DNA of 63,327 nt, the filler included, from Diploschistes diacapsis (Eukaryota), in the NCBI GenBank assembly GCA_023645945.1. It is 10 parts of 10 records of this genome, joined end to end, with 100 filler letters (N's around TTAATTAATTAA, not from the genome) between each part and the next. Parts side by side here need not be neighbours in the genome. Positions count along the whole stretch, not along the records: positions 18,546 to 36,932 come from JALAIB010000416.1; positions 37,033 to 38,079 come from JALAIB010004163.1; positions 38,180 to 39,225 come from JALAIB010004164.1; positions 39,326 to 40,371 come from JALAIB010004165.1; positions 40,472 to 41,517 come from JALAIB010004166.1; positions 41,618 to 42,663 come from JALAIB010004167.1; 4 more parts are not named here. The stretch is one strand, 5' to 3'. Shown here piece by piece: positions 29,411 through 41,966 of the stretch. Below the pieces are notes generated by a model that saw only the letters and a program-made list of their open reading frames with translations, was not told the DNA's origin and made no database searches. The position numbers and the translations under genes were made by a program. How positions within the stretch are numbered: position 1 is the stretch's first letter; each line of letters begins with the position of its first letter.

Positions 29411-30520
29411 TCACTTCAAGGCATTCCTGACAAAGGATGGTAGCACAAACGCCGCACCATGAACAGCTCTGTTGTAATATCTACACAGCCTTTCCTCCTC
29501 TTCTTCGCTCCATGATCGAAGAGGCTCTCTTAGGTTGCGCTTTGGGTCATTGCAGCATATCAAGAAACCAATTTGACCGGATGGGTAAGTGGGGATCGTA
29601 GTGAAAGCGTATTCAACCTTTGGGAAAAGTTCGAGACAGGACTTCCGTAGGCTCGTGATCAAGGGAAGGTGGAGCCACTGGTTCTCGGCTATCGCCTGAC
29701 GTATTAGTGCCCGTTCTTCGGACGTAGAGCGGAGCAAGGAAAGTGGCAACGCTGGGGAAAAATAATGCTGATCACCTTGTGTGGCAATTACGCCTCCGTC
29801 GCTCAATGCGCTGGCTAGAAGCTCAAAGTATTGCTTCCGGAAAAGAGACTCTGCTGGTCCCTTGGGATCAGAGCTATCGGTTATGATAACATCGAACTTT
29901 TTCTCGCTGCGGCGAAGGTATTCGAACCCGTCTCCAATATGAGTATGGACGTTTGGATGATGGAAACCAATGCTCATAGCTGGTAGATACTTCTTCGACA
30001 CTCGAATGACTGCTTCGTCAATCTCGCAAATGACAGCGCTCGTCACGGATGGATGCTTGACCACCTCCCGTAAGACACCTCCATCTCCTCCTCCAATAAC
30101 GAGAACGTTTTGGGGATTTGGGTGGGAGTTCATAGCTAGATGGGTGATCATTTCTTGATATCTGAGACTAGATGAACATAACACTTTCAGCCTCGGTCCG
30201 TGGGTCCTCAAACGTACGCGAACTCGTCCTTTTCAGTGCATTGAATAACGTTGTCAAGAACAAGGACAGTGCCATGGTCGGTCGATTCGAAGACAAGGAT
30301 GTCCTGGTACTGGGACTTTTCGTGGTGGATAACCTCTTGAACTTTAAGCGTCATTGCCTGGCCAGGCCACAAATCGCCAATTTCTCGAAACCAGCCATCT
30401 GAAGACAAGTTAGTCGATTATCTAGACAGGCAGTTCTATTCAGTGGAAGGCCGTTCTCATGCCGCCAGAAGGCCTCGGAGCCGACAAACCTTTGATGGCT
30501 GGGTGCATTATTTCTGTCAT
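29411..30520 (-). CDS. SPE3: Spermidine synthase (aminopropyltransferase)
   Basis: Exons 30520-30490, 30398-30218, 30161-29776, 29688-29411. [54 protein letters not shown]. Frame is intact after splicing. Confidence 0.93.
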
Positions 30521-31025
30521 CCCAGCTTTTACTTGGGTGGCGGTTTGAGGCTCTGATCTTCAGAGATGGGAGTTTGCACACCTGGAAATTGAAGCTCAGG
30601 GTTCCATGAGGACTGTGGCTCGGACTCAACCTGGCGAGCTAAACGAAACCAAGCTAGCCGGAAACAGGTAAGTTTTTCATCCCGTTGTGGTGGTACGAAT
30701 TACTGATGAACTTGATGGACAGAGAGTAGCCAGGGTTATGACGGTCCCTGACCAGGGGTCATACTCCGGGTCTGAGAATAGTACATTTCAAGCTTCTATC
30801 CACACTATGCCGTTATGATCAGGATAATATGGAAGGATCTGGGCGGTCTAGAGACCACGCACGAGGCGGGTAGTAGATAGAACAACCAGTATCTTAATAC
30901 CCCAAGAGAATTAGGCTGTGGATCAGTGGGATGAATTGATAGTGTGGGTGACAGCATAGGGTTTAACCCTAACCCTTGAACACTTAAGATATTGCTTTGT
31001 TGCTTTCGACTCCTATTCCTGATAC

Positions 31026-31512
31026 TAGGCTGGCTATTTCGTGCCCACGGACACTGATACTGACATCGTAATAAAAAAACTCTCAGCACGGACACGAATA
31101 CCGTAAATAAAGATTTGTAAATAAAATGCTTTCAGGAACCCGAAGCATTGTTTCCCTATCACATTATGTATACTTACTCAAGAATTTAATTGGGCTCGCT
31201 GCTTTCGTTAGATTCTGCGTCGGACGAAACCCGTGAAACAGGCATTTTCTTTTTGTGAAAAACTTTTCGTGATGTATTAGTAGTATCCTCAATGATATTC
31301 TATAGGTTTTAGATTAATTAATCTAGAGCCCTTCTAGACTTTCGGGAGTCTGCTGAAAGCTTATTAGTCAGACCAATCGATATAGGTCAATAATTTGAAA
31401 AAGTTACAATAAAATACACGGACACGAATAACGTAATTAAAAATTTTAAAAAGGTGACACCGGCAGTTTAATATCCGCTCCGCTGTGTCCCGCGGGGGGC
31501 AACGGCCAGCCA
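31026..31512. mobile_element. Non-autonomous DNA transposon (MITE, hAT-like ends TAGGCTGGC...GCCAGCCAA)
   Basis: Left end matches the reverse complement of 37590-37636. Carries CACGGACAC subrepeats and an AT-rich interior. No clear TSD. Confidence 0.6.
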
Positions 31513-31870
31513 AACTAGAGATGCCCGAAAGTCGAAAAATAAATGTATTTATGTGAGATCGTATTTAGAGATCATTAGAATGTCGAGATAATACTATTGA
31601 CTATCGACGAAACAACGAATATTTTATACAAACGTGTCCCCGGAAGGAAAACGGGTTCTTTATGCGGTAAGATAAAAACTTTAATAGGGCCGCTAAACTG
31701 CTAAAGTGGATTCCCCTCCACGAAAACAACGCGACTTGAAAGCGCAACTGAAAGATGTCCCCGTTGGAACATTGTTCAATCGCATTTGGCATTGTCAAGT
31801 GACCAATAGATACCTCCCACGGATATGCTTACGACTAGATTGCGCATTCGCCTGTCATTACGCCGTCTCA

Positions 31871-32953
31871 ATGTCCGACTCGTCCCTTTCAGCGAGTCCG
31901 GATGACGCCGTCCTTGAGCAGGGGCTACGCCAGATCGTCGGGGAGCTTTATGATAGCGGGAATCTCGACGACTTGACCGTCAATGGCGTGCGGATTGCAG
32001 CGCAGGAAAATCTGGGATTACGGAAAGGGTTCTTTAAGGAGGCGGATTGGAAGGAAAGGAGTAAGGCTATTATAGAGGATGAAGCGGTATATTACTCGGC
32101 GGATACCGTGACCTTTTCTTTGGTATCTAAGCATGTGCAGAAAGTACGCAATAACGTCACCAAATCGTCCAGCGTATCGTTGCCCGTCAAGATGACACAG
32201 AAGCCGCCGAATGCTTCTTCGCGACCAGTCAAGCGAGCCTCGCCGGATGAGGCAGCTCCTAGGAAGAGGCAAAAATTGAGGAAAGAACAAGCCATTAAGA
32301 AAAACAATAAGACAGCGATCGACGAGTCGGACGAGGATGAGGACGTGGCAAAGAGAAAGAAAGCTCAACGCAAGTCAACGAAGGAACATTCTCCGAGTTT
32401 GTCCGATGTTGATGATGATGTCAATGAACCGAAGGATGTTTCAAAAAACCCTATATCTCCTGCACAGCCTGCTGCTGAAAGTTCCGAGAGCGAAATGTCG
32501 GTGCTCATTGACGAGGAAGCCAAGCCCAAGCGGCGAAAGAAAGGAAACAAAGAGCCTAAGCACAAGACCGAACCGAAGAAACGGGGTCGAAAGTCTATTG
32601 ACAAGCAAGAACTAGATCCAGACACGGAAGAAATCAAGCGCCTTCGGAGTTGGCTGGTGAAATGCGGTATCCGGAAAATGTGGGCCCGCGAGCTAAAGCC
32701 GTACGACACGCCAAAGGAGAAGATTCGGCATTTGAAAGAGATGCTCGCTGATGCTGGCATGACTGGGCGCTACTCGACTGAGAAAGCGGCAAAGATTCGT
32801 GAGACTCGAGAGTTGAAGGCGGACCTGGAAGCTATTCAAGCGTTCGATAAGCGTTGGGGAAACGTTGAAGAGGAAGAGGAAGAGGAAGAACGACCCAAAA
32901 GGCGTTCTACTGGAATCCCGAACTTTGATTTCCTGGAGTCTGAATCCGAATAA
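31871..32953 (+). CDS. HIRIP3-like chromatin protein (DEK-C-like N-terminus, conserved C-terminal domain)
   Basis: LTVNGVRIAAQENLGL; K/E-rich linker; EIKRLRSWLVKCGIRKMWARELK...HLKEMLADAGMTGRYS. Likely in-frame 54-nt intron at 32087-32140. Confidence 0.7.
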   Translation: MSDSSLSASPDDAVLEQGLRQIVGELYDSGNLDDLTVNGVRIAAQENLGLRKGFFKEADWKERSKAIIEDEAVYYSADTVTFSLVSKHVQKVRNNVTKSSSVSLPVKMTQKPPNASSRPVKRASPDEAAPRKRQKLRKEQAIKKNNKTAIDESDEDEDVAKRKKAQRKSTKEHSPSLSDVDDDVNEPKDVSKNPISPAQPAAESSESEMSVLIDEEAKPKRRKKGNKEPKHKTEPKKRGRKSIDKQELDPDTEEIKRLRSWLVKCGIRKMWARELKPYDTPKEKIRHLKEMLADAGMTGRYSTEKAAKIRETRELKADLEAIQAFDKRWGNVEEEEEEEERPKRRSTGIPNFDFLESESE

Positions 32954-33585
32954 GGGACATGCTCTGATATTGGAAGACTCAGACTATCAGGTTCACTGGC
33001 TATGTGGTCAGAAAGTGGCTTATCAATATAACGATTAGCATTTATAACAAGGACTAACGTTGCTTCAAAAAGCATGTCATACTTTTCGTTGTATGCTACA
33101 AGCATGGTAAAGCACCAGCTCTGCGGCAAGAGCTCATGCAGGACATACAGCTAGGCTTTGCCCTCAATCCCATGCAGAAGGCCCTAACAGGATCCTGTAG
33201 CCTTTGAACGGATTCGCTGCGCCGCCAAGCTGAACAGAGCTACCGAAGACATGAATAAAACCAGATTGTAGAACTATGAACCTATCAGAGGTCTTGACAT
33301 CAAAAATTCCACAGTCACATCACCGCAGTTCTGGAGTAATGGCTCTCTTCAGCATCGGTCCGACTCTCCACGAAAAGTCGTCTCAGGTTGGGAAGATTAG
33401 CCTAAAGAGCGAAGAGTTTAACGATCATGTCCGTTCAAGACAATTAAATACGCCTTACCATCACAAACTCGACTAACTTTCAAAGGAGGCCCTTATTGCT
33501 TGCAAAGCGAGTGCTTAAAATTGCGCTTCACGTTGCGTTGAGATGATGAATCGTTCCAAACTTTGTGGATCACGACTATAACTGT

Positions 33586-33650
33586 AGATTATTAACCTAG
33601 TTAGGTTAGTCTGTTTGACTAATTAGCCATTAGTGGGTCTCGAAGGTTCT
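33586..33650 (-). repeat. Dispersed repeat fragment shared with 38315-38379 and, more diverged, 31336-31397
   Basis: gaaccttc...cccactaat..ctaattagtca.aca.actaaccta..taggttaataatct aligns by eye. Confidence 0.7.
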
Positions 33651-33966
33651 AGGAAGGTTTAGATGAATCTAGAACGTAATAAAACATATTTATTCCCTCT
33701 GGGGACATGTTTGTGTGAAATATTTATAATTTTATCAATGATTAATTTTATTCTCTCGATATCGGATTATATCCTTGCTTCTTATTATTTAATTAAAAAC
33801 TCTGCACCTACTTTTAACACCTGGATCGTAATAATTGCGATGCTAAAGACCATATTTCGGTGATAGGATAATCGAAAGTAGCTCCAGATTTGGACAAAAA
33901 AGACTATACAAATCGATTCATTCCGTATGCAATATAAAGTTTCCTAAAAATTCTACCAAAAAAGGA

Positions 33967-34047
33967 CGACACCTGTGTGATTCGAACACACGCCCCCGAA
34001 GGGAATGCCTTAGCAGGGCATCGCGTTAACCACTCCGCCAAAGTGCC
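33967..34047 (-). tRNA. tRNA-Ser (anticodon GCT), intronless
   Basis: GGCACTT/AGGTGTC acceptor stem, D-loop GGAGTGGTTAA, anticodon arm ATGCC-CTGCTAA-GGCAT, long variable arm, GTTCGAATC, downstream oligo-T. Confidence 0.95.
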
Positions 34048-34263
34048 TTGCTTGGTGAAAAATGGTAAGTAGTTAGAAATATATATTGTTAAAATTGCAT
34101 TGAGCTATAATCGATAACCACGCCCGAACGCCTCAAGATTTTTTAACCCAGACTATCCTCCCAAACCCTGTTATAACCGCATCTCATAACCGCCATGATC
34201 AGTGACGAAGCCCATCATTCTTTCGTGGCCCGTACCATCCTTATGTGAGGCTCTTCTACTGGA

Positions 34264-35564
34264 ATGGCGGAAACAACGCTGCACAATGCGCCTATAGTGC
34301 TCGATAACGGCAGCGGAACGATCCGAGCTGGGTTCGCTGGTGAAGATCTGCCAAAATGCTATTTCCCCTCTTTTGTCGGCCGGCCGAAACACCTTCGCGT
34401 ATTAGCAGGTGCTCTCGAGGGTGATGTGTTTATAGGCCAGAAAGCGCAAGAGTTGCGTGGATTGCTCAAGATCCGGTACCCCCTGGAGCATGGCATTGTC
34501 ACGGATTGGGATGATATGGAGCGAATATGGCAATACGTATACACAGAGGAACTAAAGACGTTGAGCGAAGAGGTACCATCCCGCCCATTGTTCAGTCATC
34601 ATGCAGCACCCTAATGGTCTCTCAGCACCCCGTTCTTTTGACCGAGGCGCCTCTCAACCCTCGTGCCAACCGCGATACGGCTGCTCAGATTCTCTTTGAA
34701 ACTTTCAATGTTCCTGCATTGTTCACCTCCATTCAAGCTGTTCTCTCCCTCTACGCATCCGGGCGAACAACAGGCATAGTGATGGATGCCGGAGACGGGG
34801 TTTCACATGCAGTTCCTGTTTTCGAAGGCTTTGCCATGCCGAACAGTATACGAAGGGTAGATGTAGCCGGTCGCGACGTCACCGAGTACATGCAGCTGCT
34901 TCTTCGGAAGAGCGGCTTCATCTTCCACACCAGCGCCGAGAAGGAAGTTGTGCGTATGATCAAGGAAAAGACTACATATGTCGCACTGGATCCAAGAAAA
35001 GAGGAGAAAGAGTGGCTGGCAAATGCCAATCGGCCTACCGAGTCGAAGGCAGTGGAGTACGCGCTTCCAGATGGGAACAAGTTAAAGGCATGAGTAGGGA
35101 ACTCGCTACGTATACTAACAAGCTGACCGCGTAAAGGTTGGCCCCGAGAGATTCCGTGCTCCTGAAATTCTCTTCGACCCCGAAATCATAGGGCTTGAGT
35201 ACCAGGGTATCCACCAAATGGTCGTTGATGCCATTGGCCGGACGGACATGGACCTTAGAAAATCGCTGTTTGGAAACATTGTGCTCTCGGGAGGCTCTAC
35301 TCTCACGAAAGGGTTCGGAGATAGGCTATTACATGAGTTGCAGAGGTTAGCGCCCAAAGATATGAGAATCAAGATCTTTGCGCCACCAGAGCGAAAATAC
35401 AGTACGTGGATCGGTGGAAGTATATTGGCAGGTTTGAGTACGTTCAGAAAGGTATAGCAGTCTCCATTGCTCGTCGTGAACGAGGCTGACATTTGTGCTA
35501 GATGTGGGTGAGCATGGACGAATGGCAGGAGGACCCTGAAATAATCCACACGAAATTCGTATGA
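34264..35564 (+). CDS. ARP1: Actin-related protein 1 (centractin, dynactin subunit)
   Basis: Exons 34264-34572, 34626-35087, 35137-35451, 35502-35564. [62 protein letters not shown]. Confidence 0.95.
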
Positions 35565-37350
35565 AAGATGGTTTCCCGCGTTGAGACTTTTCTATACGTG
35601 GTAGCCACTAAATGCACTGTTGATCACTATTGCCGTAAGCACCTCGTGGTCCGGCAGGCCAGGAACTGGCAGTGTGCGAAAAGAAATGAGCCCAACCACA
35701 ACCGGCACCTACGGACGACAGACACGGCCCGAGCTATATGATAGAAGCACCTCTGCGCCATCGAGCTTGTGGAAAGCCTGGGGTGGCTGACCACTATTTC
35801 GTCCTGCAGGGATTGATAAAGGAAAGGATAGCGCATACAAGATCAGAGTGCAAAACTGCAGTCATATAAATTGATTGCTCCTCGAAGACCTGCAACACTG
35901 GAGCTCGTTGTGACAACGAAATCAACAGACCTAATGGCGCTACCTTTTCCGTTCCGATACACGTCAGTTCGACATGAAGTGTAGAAAGGGGCGCACGATC
36001 TTAAGAGTATCAACGTGACGTCTGAAGATTTCGACGTCAATCGCATCAGGAGCGCTTCCCTTGCAGCTTCTTCAACATCATTCGAGAGCAAGGGCGGAAA
36101 AGGTCATCTTTTGTCAAATCGAATGACTTTGAGTGGCTTTTATTGTATATAAAGTTAATACTTCTGGAGAGTTCCAGATAATCTAGGAATCTTGTTCTCT
36201 TGTGAGAAGTATCTCGACACCCAAGGGCCTACAGCCTTTTCTGCTCTTCTTCGCTGGCCTCTAAGACAAAGCTTTATCAACTCCATATCGTGCCAGGCGG
36301 TATTGATAATCGTCTGCACAGCGACTACCTCTTCACCATTTATGCCCACACAAGAGCTTTAAGGATGCTCCAAATTACTGATATAATAAATGTGAAATAC
36401 CTGAAGCTTTCCCGGGGTCTTTTGGTCTTGTTTTATAATTTGATCTGAAAGGTTTTTTCGAAGCTTCTATGTGGGAATAAAGTAACAACAGAGAGGTTTT
36501 TTACTGTGCAGGCTACTATCATCATCACCTTCGTGCTTCCGGTAAATCCCACCATGTGCATCTGCTCCATCAAACCAAGCCAGTACCTCTACCAAAGTTA
36601 CCGTTTCGCAAACCGCCGCACAACTTTGCCCTTTCAGTGAGCCAAAAATTGGTTTCACCCTGCAACACCGACCATGCGCCGAAGCTCTTTAGGTATCAGT
36701 ACGCCTTCCAAAGCGCCTCGTTGTGCTCGTGCTCCATAACCCCTCCTGCGCCTCGATTATTGGCCAGACTACCGGAAGGCACGCTTGATGCACACTGCAC
36801 TGTCCCAACGCCATCAAATCTAGCAAACGCCGTTCCCCTCTCCTATTTCCACCACCGCGCGTTCGAACCTCCCCCCCCCCCTTCCAAAGTGTCCCCAGAC
36901 CGTACGTAACAGCAGCAGCGTATGTACTAGGTNNNNNNNNNNNNNNNNNNNNNNNNNNNNNNNNNNNNNNNNNNNNTTAATTAATTAANNNNNNNNNNNN
37001 NNNNNNNNNNNNNNNNNNNNNNNNNNNNNNNNATCTATTACCGATCTATTTCTTTTTTTTATACTTCTTTTTTACTAAAAATTAAATTTATTTTAATTAC
37101 TACCTCGTATTTACGTTATAAAGATAAAGATTATAACATTTAAACACCCTTTAAAATAAATATATTAAAAAACACGACCGAATGAAACGCCAGCGCAGGA
37201 AAGGATGCTACTCTACCGGGGGCTGGGCCTGATCCGGAAGGATTAGGTGTAGCTTAGGCATCTGCAGGTAAAAGGTCTCGATTCGAAAAGCTGAAGAAGA
37301 AACTATCTAGGTGGGAAGAAGGCACCGTTAAATAATATAGGTGCCAGACC

Positions 37351-37636
37351 TAGGCTGGCCGTCACTGACACTGACAGTGTCAATGTCCGTGTTTTAGATT
37401 TTTTAGCTGCGATGTCCGTATCCGTGGATTCACGGAAATATAATATCCGTATTAATATCTATGTCTTAAATTTTTTAATTGCGGTGTCCGTGTCCGTGGA
37501 TTTACGGAAATATAATATCCGTGTTAATATCCGTGTTTTAAAATTTTTAGCTGCGGTGTCCGTGTCAGTGTCCGTGTTTTGAAAGTTTTTGCTGCGGTGT
37601 CCGTGTTAGTGTCCGTGGCACGAAACGGCCAGCCTA
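37351..37636. mobile_element. 286-bp MITE with 12-bp perfect TIRs TAGGCTGGCCGT / ACGGCCAGCCTA
   Basis: TIRs visible. GTGTCCGTG subrepeats continue to ~37911. Further ends at 38435-38449 and 42781-42830. Confidence 0.75.
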
Positions 37637-38834
37637 GTGTCCGTGTCCGCGTCCGTGTCCGTATTAAAAAAAGTTTTAAAAAATAAAAACGTGAAAAATA
37701 AACGTGATAATTTTAAAAATATTAAAAAAAATTTATTTCCGTGCTTTTACTATAATATAGTATCCGTGTTAATAAATTCACGAAAATGTAATGTCCGTAT
37801 TAGTATCCATGTATTAATTTTTTAGTTACGGTATCCGTGTCCGTGAATTTATAGAAATGTAGTGTCCGTGTTAGTATCCGTGTTTTAAATTTTTTAATTG
37901 CGGTGTCCGTGTAGTAGCTGCTATGGCTACTAGCTATCGCTGCTGCTACTAGGGGGTTCGCTTATACTTACTAGGCGCGCTTGCTCCTGCCCTCGTCGCT
38001 GTCGCTATGACGCCAGGGCCACGATGCCATTAGGCATCCACGCGGTGTAGCTATAAAGGCTCGCCGCCCTCACTAGCTANNNNNNNNNNNNNNNNNNNNN
38101 NNNNNNNNNNNNNNNNNNNNNNNTTAATTAATTAANNNNNNNNNNNNNNNNNNNNNNNNNNNNNNNNNNNNNNNNNNNNATCCAAATATTATTAAATTGT
38201 TAATTCAATTTTTGACTTAGTAATTTAATAATCTGAATCATCTATAATCCTTTTTAATAATCTTTAATTATTAATAGGATGTTTAACTGTTGTTAATAGG
38301 ACTAGTAATGCGTCGAACCTTCAGGGTCCCACTAATATCTAATTAGTCAGACAAACTAACCTATTTAGGTTAATAATCTGACAGATATTAATAACGCGGT
38401 ATCCGTATTATGAATACCGATAATGTCCGTGTCCGTGACGGTCAGCCTACTACTGACCCTAAAAACTTAAGAGAGAGAGAGAAATATAATTTTTTTTAAA
38501 TAATCTTAGATAAAGGTTCGTCTTAAAGAAGTTACATAATAAGTTGGAACTTAATTAAAAAACCATGAATTTTAATTAAACCATTCATAACTAAAGTTAT
38601 ATTGGATTTTCATAAACCATGCTGAACACACGGGTCCACACTCTAAGTAAACAAGTAAAAAATATAATTAAGATCTTTTAAGCGAGATTTTAGGTTCGTG
38701 GTTAACTTAATTAAACATATTAAAGTCTTCATTAGATCGAGTAGAGAAGAATGCAAGACTGCAGAACTTGATGGAGCCCGCAGTTCTAAAACTCTGCATA
38801 TAGGGTATTCCTCCTACCAAATAGACCTCTGGAC

Positions 38835-39225
38835 TGTTACGATCCAGGTCACCAAGTAATCACCTGATACGTCACAGCTAATCGGGCACTTCCCAACCAT
38901 TCCTTGTATATAGCCAACCACGGACACTAGGTTACGTGACTAACAAATATCCAGCGATAGAAATCTGTTAGAAACAGATTTATTTAAATAATTATTTATT
39001 AATAATAGTTCTATCGCAATAGTTTAATTATCGATAATTAATTATCGCCTTGAATTATATAAAAATACCGTTATAATTCTTTTAAACCGGGGCGTATTTA
39101 CTTTTATAAACATCTTTAACGATTACTCGAGATTAATTTATATTCGTTATCTTTTATTTAAAAATAATAATCTTTTCAGAAATCGGTATAAATTTATAAT
39201 TAATCTACTTCTTTTTCTACCACAC
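38835..39225 (+). mobile_element. LTR family A copy (starts TGTTACGATCC)
   Basis: Homologous to 41163-41517(+), 41618-41966(-) and 43198-~43610(+). TG start, TATATAG box, (C/T)ACGTGA motif. Confidence 0.65.
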
Positions 39226-39469
39226 NNNNNNNNNNNNNNNNNNNNNNNNNNNNNNNNNNNNNNNNNNNNTTAATTAATTAANNNNNNNNNNNNNNNNNNN
39301 NNNNNNNNNNNNNNNNNNNNNNNNNTACTTTACCTTTAGACTGCGAGTCTCGTTCTTGTTACTCGATATAATTTAAATCCTCTTCATTAAATGAAATAAT
39401 TCTAAATCGTTCACTTCTTTCTTTTTCTTCATTTTCTTCTATTTCAATTTAATTACGTAGATTTACCCT

Positions 39470-39720
39470 ACGTCTACGTTGCTAATAACGTGCTATCTTA
39501 TCGGATCGTCGTCCTTAAGAAAGGTAAAGTAATTAAAACTATAAAGGGTGAAATACGACAATATAACAAGATGACTACACGCAGGGCAGATTCATGCTAG
39601 AACTAATTACTAAAGAAGAAGAGAGAATAAGAAGGGCAAAATCCCCCTTCAAGTACCCGCAAGCCAAGACCCTGAGTGCCGCTTATCCGACTATTGGCAT
39701 GCTCCTTGCTTGGCCTTACA
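39470..39720 (-). mobile_element. LTR family B copy (starts TGTAAGGCCAAGC)
   Basis: Homologous to 40905-41162(+) and 42352-42469(-); shared core gggcaaaatcccccttcaa. Confidence 0.65.
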
Positions 39721-39956
39721 TCCGTTAATTCCCGTATCGATTAATATTGAAGTACGAAAGTTTTTATATTTTCTATTTAATATTATATTTAACGTAAGGG
39801 CAGGCGCCGTTGAGAACTTTTTTTTTAAGATTTTTATAATCGTTTAATTATGTTGTTGAAGCGATTCGTCGTCGTTATCGCTTATTTATTCGTTAAATCC
39901 TCCATCCAGGGTTTATATAGAGGCTATTTTTTTCTCGACTTAGGTTCTCGCTCGGG

Positions 39957-39998
39957 GCAGTTACTGGCGAAGTGTCCCTTCTTATGGTAGTTATAGCA
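39957..39998 (-). pseudogene. Retrotransposon Gag zinc-knuckle relic
   Basis: CYN(Y)HKKGHFASNC = CX2CX4HX4C with the second Cys as TAC (TGC>TAC, RIP-type change). Confidence 0.75.
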
Positions 39999-40904
39999 GG
40001 TTTCGTTATTGACCCATTTCTTGGTGGATATGGTCGATTTTTTGCTGATTGTTTCAGTTAAAGTTTTAATCTTTTTCTTATTACGATCCTTAAAGGTCCT
40101 TCGGGGACGAAAGGTATACGAATTATTGTTTCGGGTATTAGCCGCGAAAGTAACCGTTTTAATACGGTTCTTTACTTTTAGGTAACGGTCGAATATATGT
40201 AGTTCATTTTTTATTTCCCGTATCGTCTCGGGGTTTTTATTTAAAAAGATAATTTAGAAACGATCGATTAACTTTTCTTTAATATTTAATATTTAATTCT
40301 TTTCGGAGATCCTTGTTTCGATAATAAGTACCGTAAATTAAATTAGAAATTCGTTAAATTTATCGTTATTTNNNNNNNNNNNNNNNNNNNNNNNNNNNNN
40401 NNNNNNNNNNNNNNNTTAATTAATTAANNNNNNNNNNNNNNNNNNNNNNNNNNNNNNNNNNNNNNNNNNNNGATTAATAAATTTATAAAATAGTTTTTTA
40501 CTAAATTATTTAAAATATAGATTCTTTATAGACAGCATTACGAATTCTTCGATTAAGTATATATGACTTAAATACTTCTAATCGAAGTATTTCTTTTATT
40601 ATTTATAGATATACTTAATATTTTTTATTAACTGAATTCGTGCGGTTTATGTGCGGTTAATTTTCATTTAAATAGCGGGTATTTCCCTTTCGTCGGCTTC
40701 GATCTCGAAGCTAAAATGGACTTACGATTCGTAACCGTAGTACGCATAAAATAAAATTATTTTAGTCGTTAAATTATTGGTAGAATTATATGAAAAACTT
40801 ATTAGTAACAATAGCTCTAGTTAATCATTTTGGCCTTCGCAGTAAAATATACGGAAATAATGTTCCAGCGTTTGATTGTGACGCTTTATCTACCCGTTAG
40901 ATTG

Positions 40905-41517
40905 TGTAAGGCCAAGCGAGTAGCATGCCAAGAGTCGGACAAGCGGCGCTCAGGGTCTTGGATTGCTGGTATTTGAAGGGGGATTTTGCCCTTTTTATTC
41001 TCTCTTTTCTTTTAGTAATTAGTTCTAGCACGAATTTGCCCTACATATAGTTATCTTGCCATATTATCGTATTTTATTCTTTATAGTTTTAATTACTTTA
41101 TCTTTCTTAAGGACGACGATCCAACAAGATGGCACGTTCTTCATAACGTACACGCAGGGCAATGTTACAATCCAAGTACCAGACTTGGCACGTCCCAGCT
41201 TTGTATATAGTTCAGTCACGGGACCGGGGGTCACGTGATGCGTTTACTGCTCACGTTTATTCTTATGAGCGGCGAGTAAGCTTTCGTTATCGTTCGATAA
41301 TCGCGTTTATTCTTATAAGCGGCGAGCTTCGGGGCATCGTTCGTTAAATTTACAATAAACGGCGAGCGAATTAATTATATAAGCACGATTTTATCTTCGT
41401 GGAAGAAAACGTGTTCATTTTTATAAATATCTTAAATTATTATTCGGGATTAATTTATATTCGTTATCTTTATTATTAGAAAACCTTCTTTTTAGAAATA
41501 GTTTAAGATTTATAATT
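40905..41517 (+). mobile_element. LTR family B (40905-41162) directly followed by LTR family A (41163-41517)
   Basis: Family B homology stops exactly where TGTTAC of family A begins. Confidence 0.6.
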
Positions 41518-41617
41518 NNNNNNNNNNNNNNNNNNNNNNNNNNNNNNNNNNNNNNNNNNNNTTAATTAATTAANNNNNNNNNNNNNNNNNNNNNNNNNNN
41601 NNNNNNNNNNNNNNNNN

Positions 41618-41966
41618 ATCTTAAACTATCTCTAAAAAAAAAGCTCTAAGATAATAAAAATAACGAATATAAATTGATCCCGAATAATAACTCAAGATAT
41701 TTATAAAAATAAACACGCCCTAAACTTATAAAGGCCATAATGACGTTTTTATATAGCCAACAGCTCCCTTAATAGAATAGATAAATAAATAAATAGAACT
41801 ACCGTTCTTCCTTTCTACCTATAGCTGAGTAAAATGGTCCTCTAGACCTTCTACTCATCACGTGACCCGCGTCACCCTGATTGGACTATATACAAGGAAT
41901 GGTTAGGAAATGCCCGACTAGCTATTGCGTGCCAAGTACTACCGACTAGTACCTTGGATCGTAACA
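41618..41966 (-). mobile_element. LTR family A copy
   Basis: Ends ...ggatcgtaaca, the reverse complement of TGTTACGATCC. Confidence 0.65.

Noticed and set aside
30958..30977. TAACCC telomere-like motif
   Set aside because: Only two units, internal.
35843..36909. Short ORFs downstream of ARP1
   Set aside because: No recognisable motif or consistent exon chain.
37380..37911. GTGTCCGTG repeats as a CRISPR-like array
   Set aside because: Irregular spacing, no unique spacers, eukaryotic context; explained by MITE subterminal repeats.
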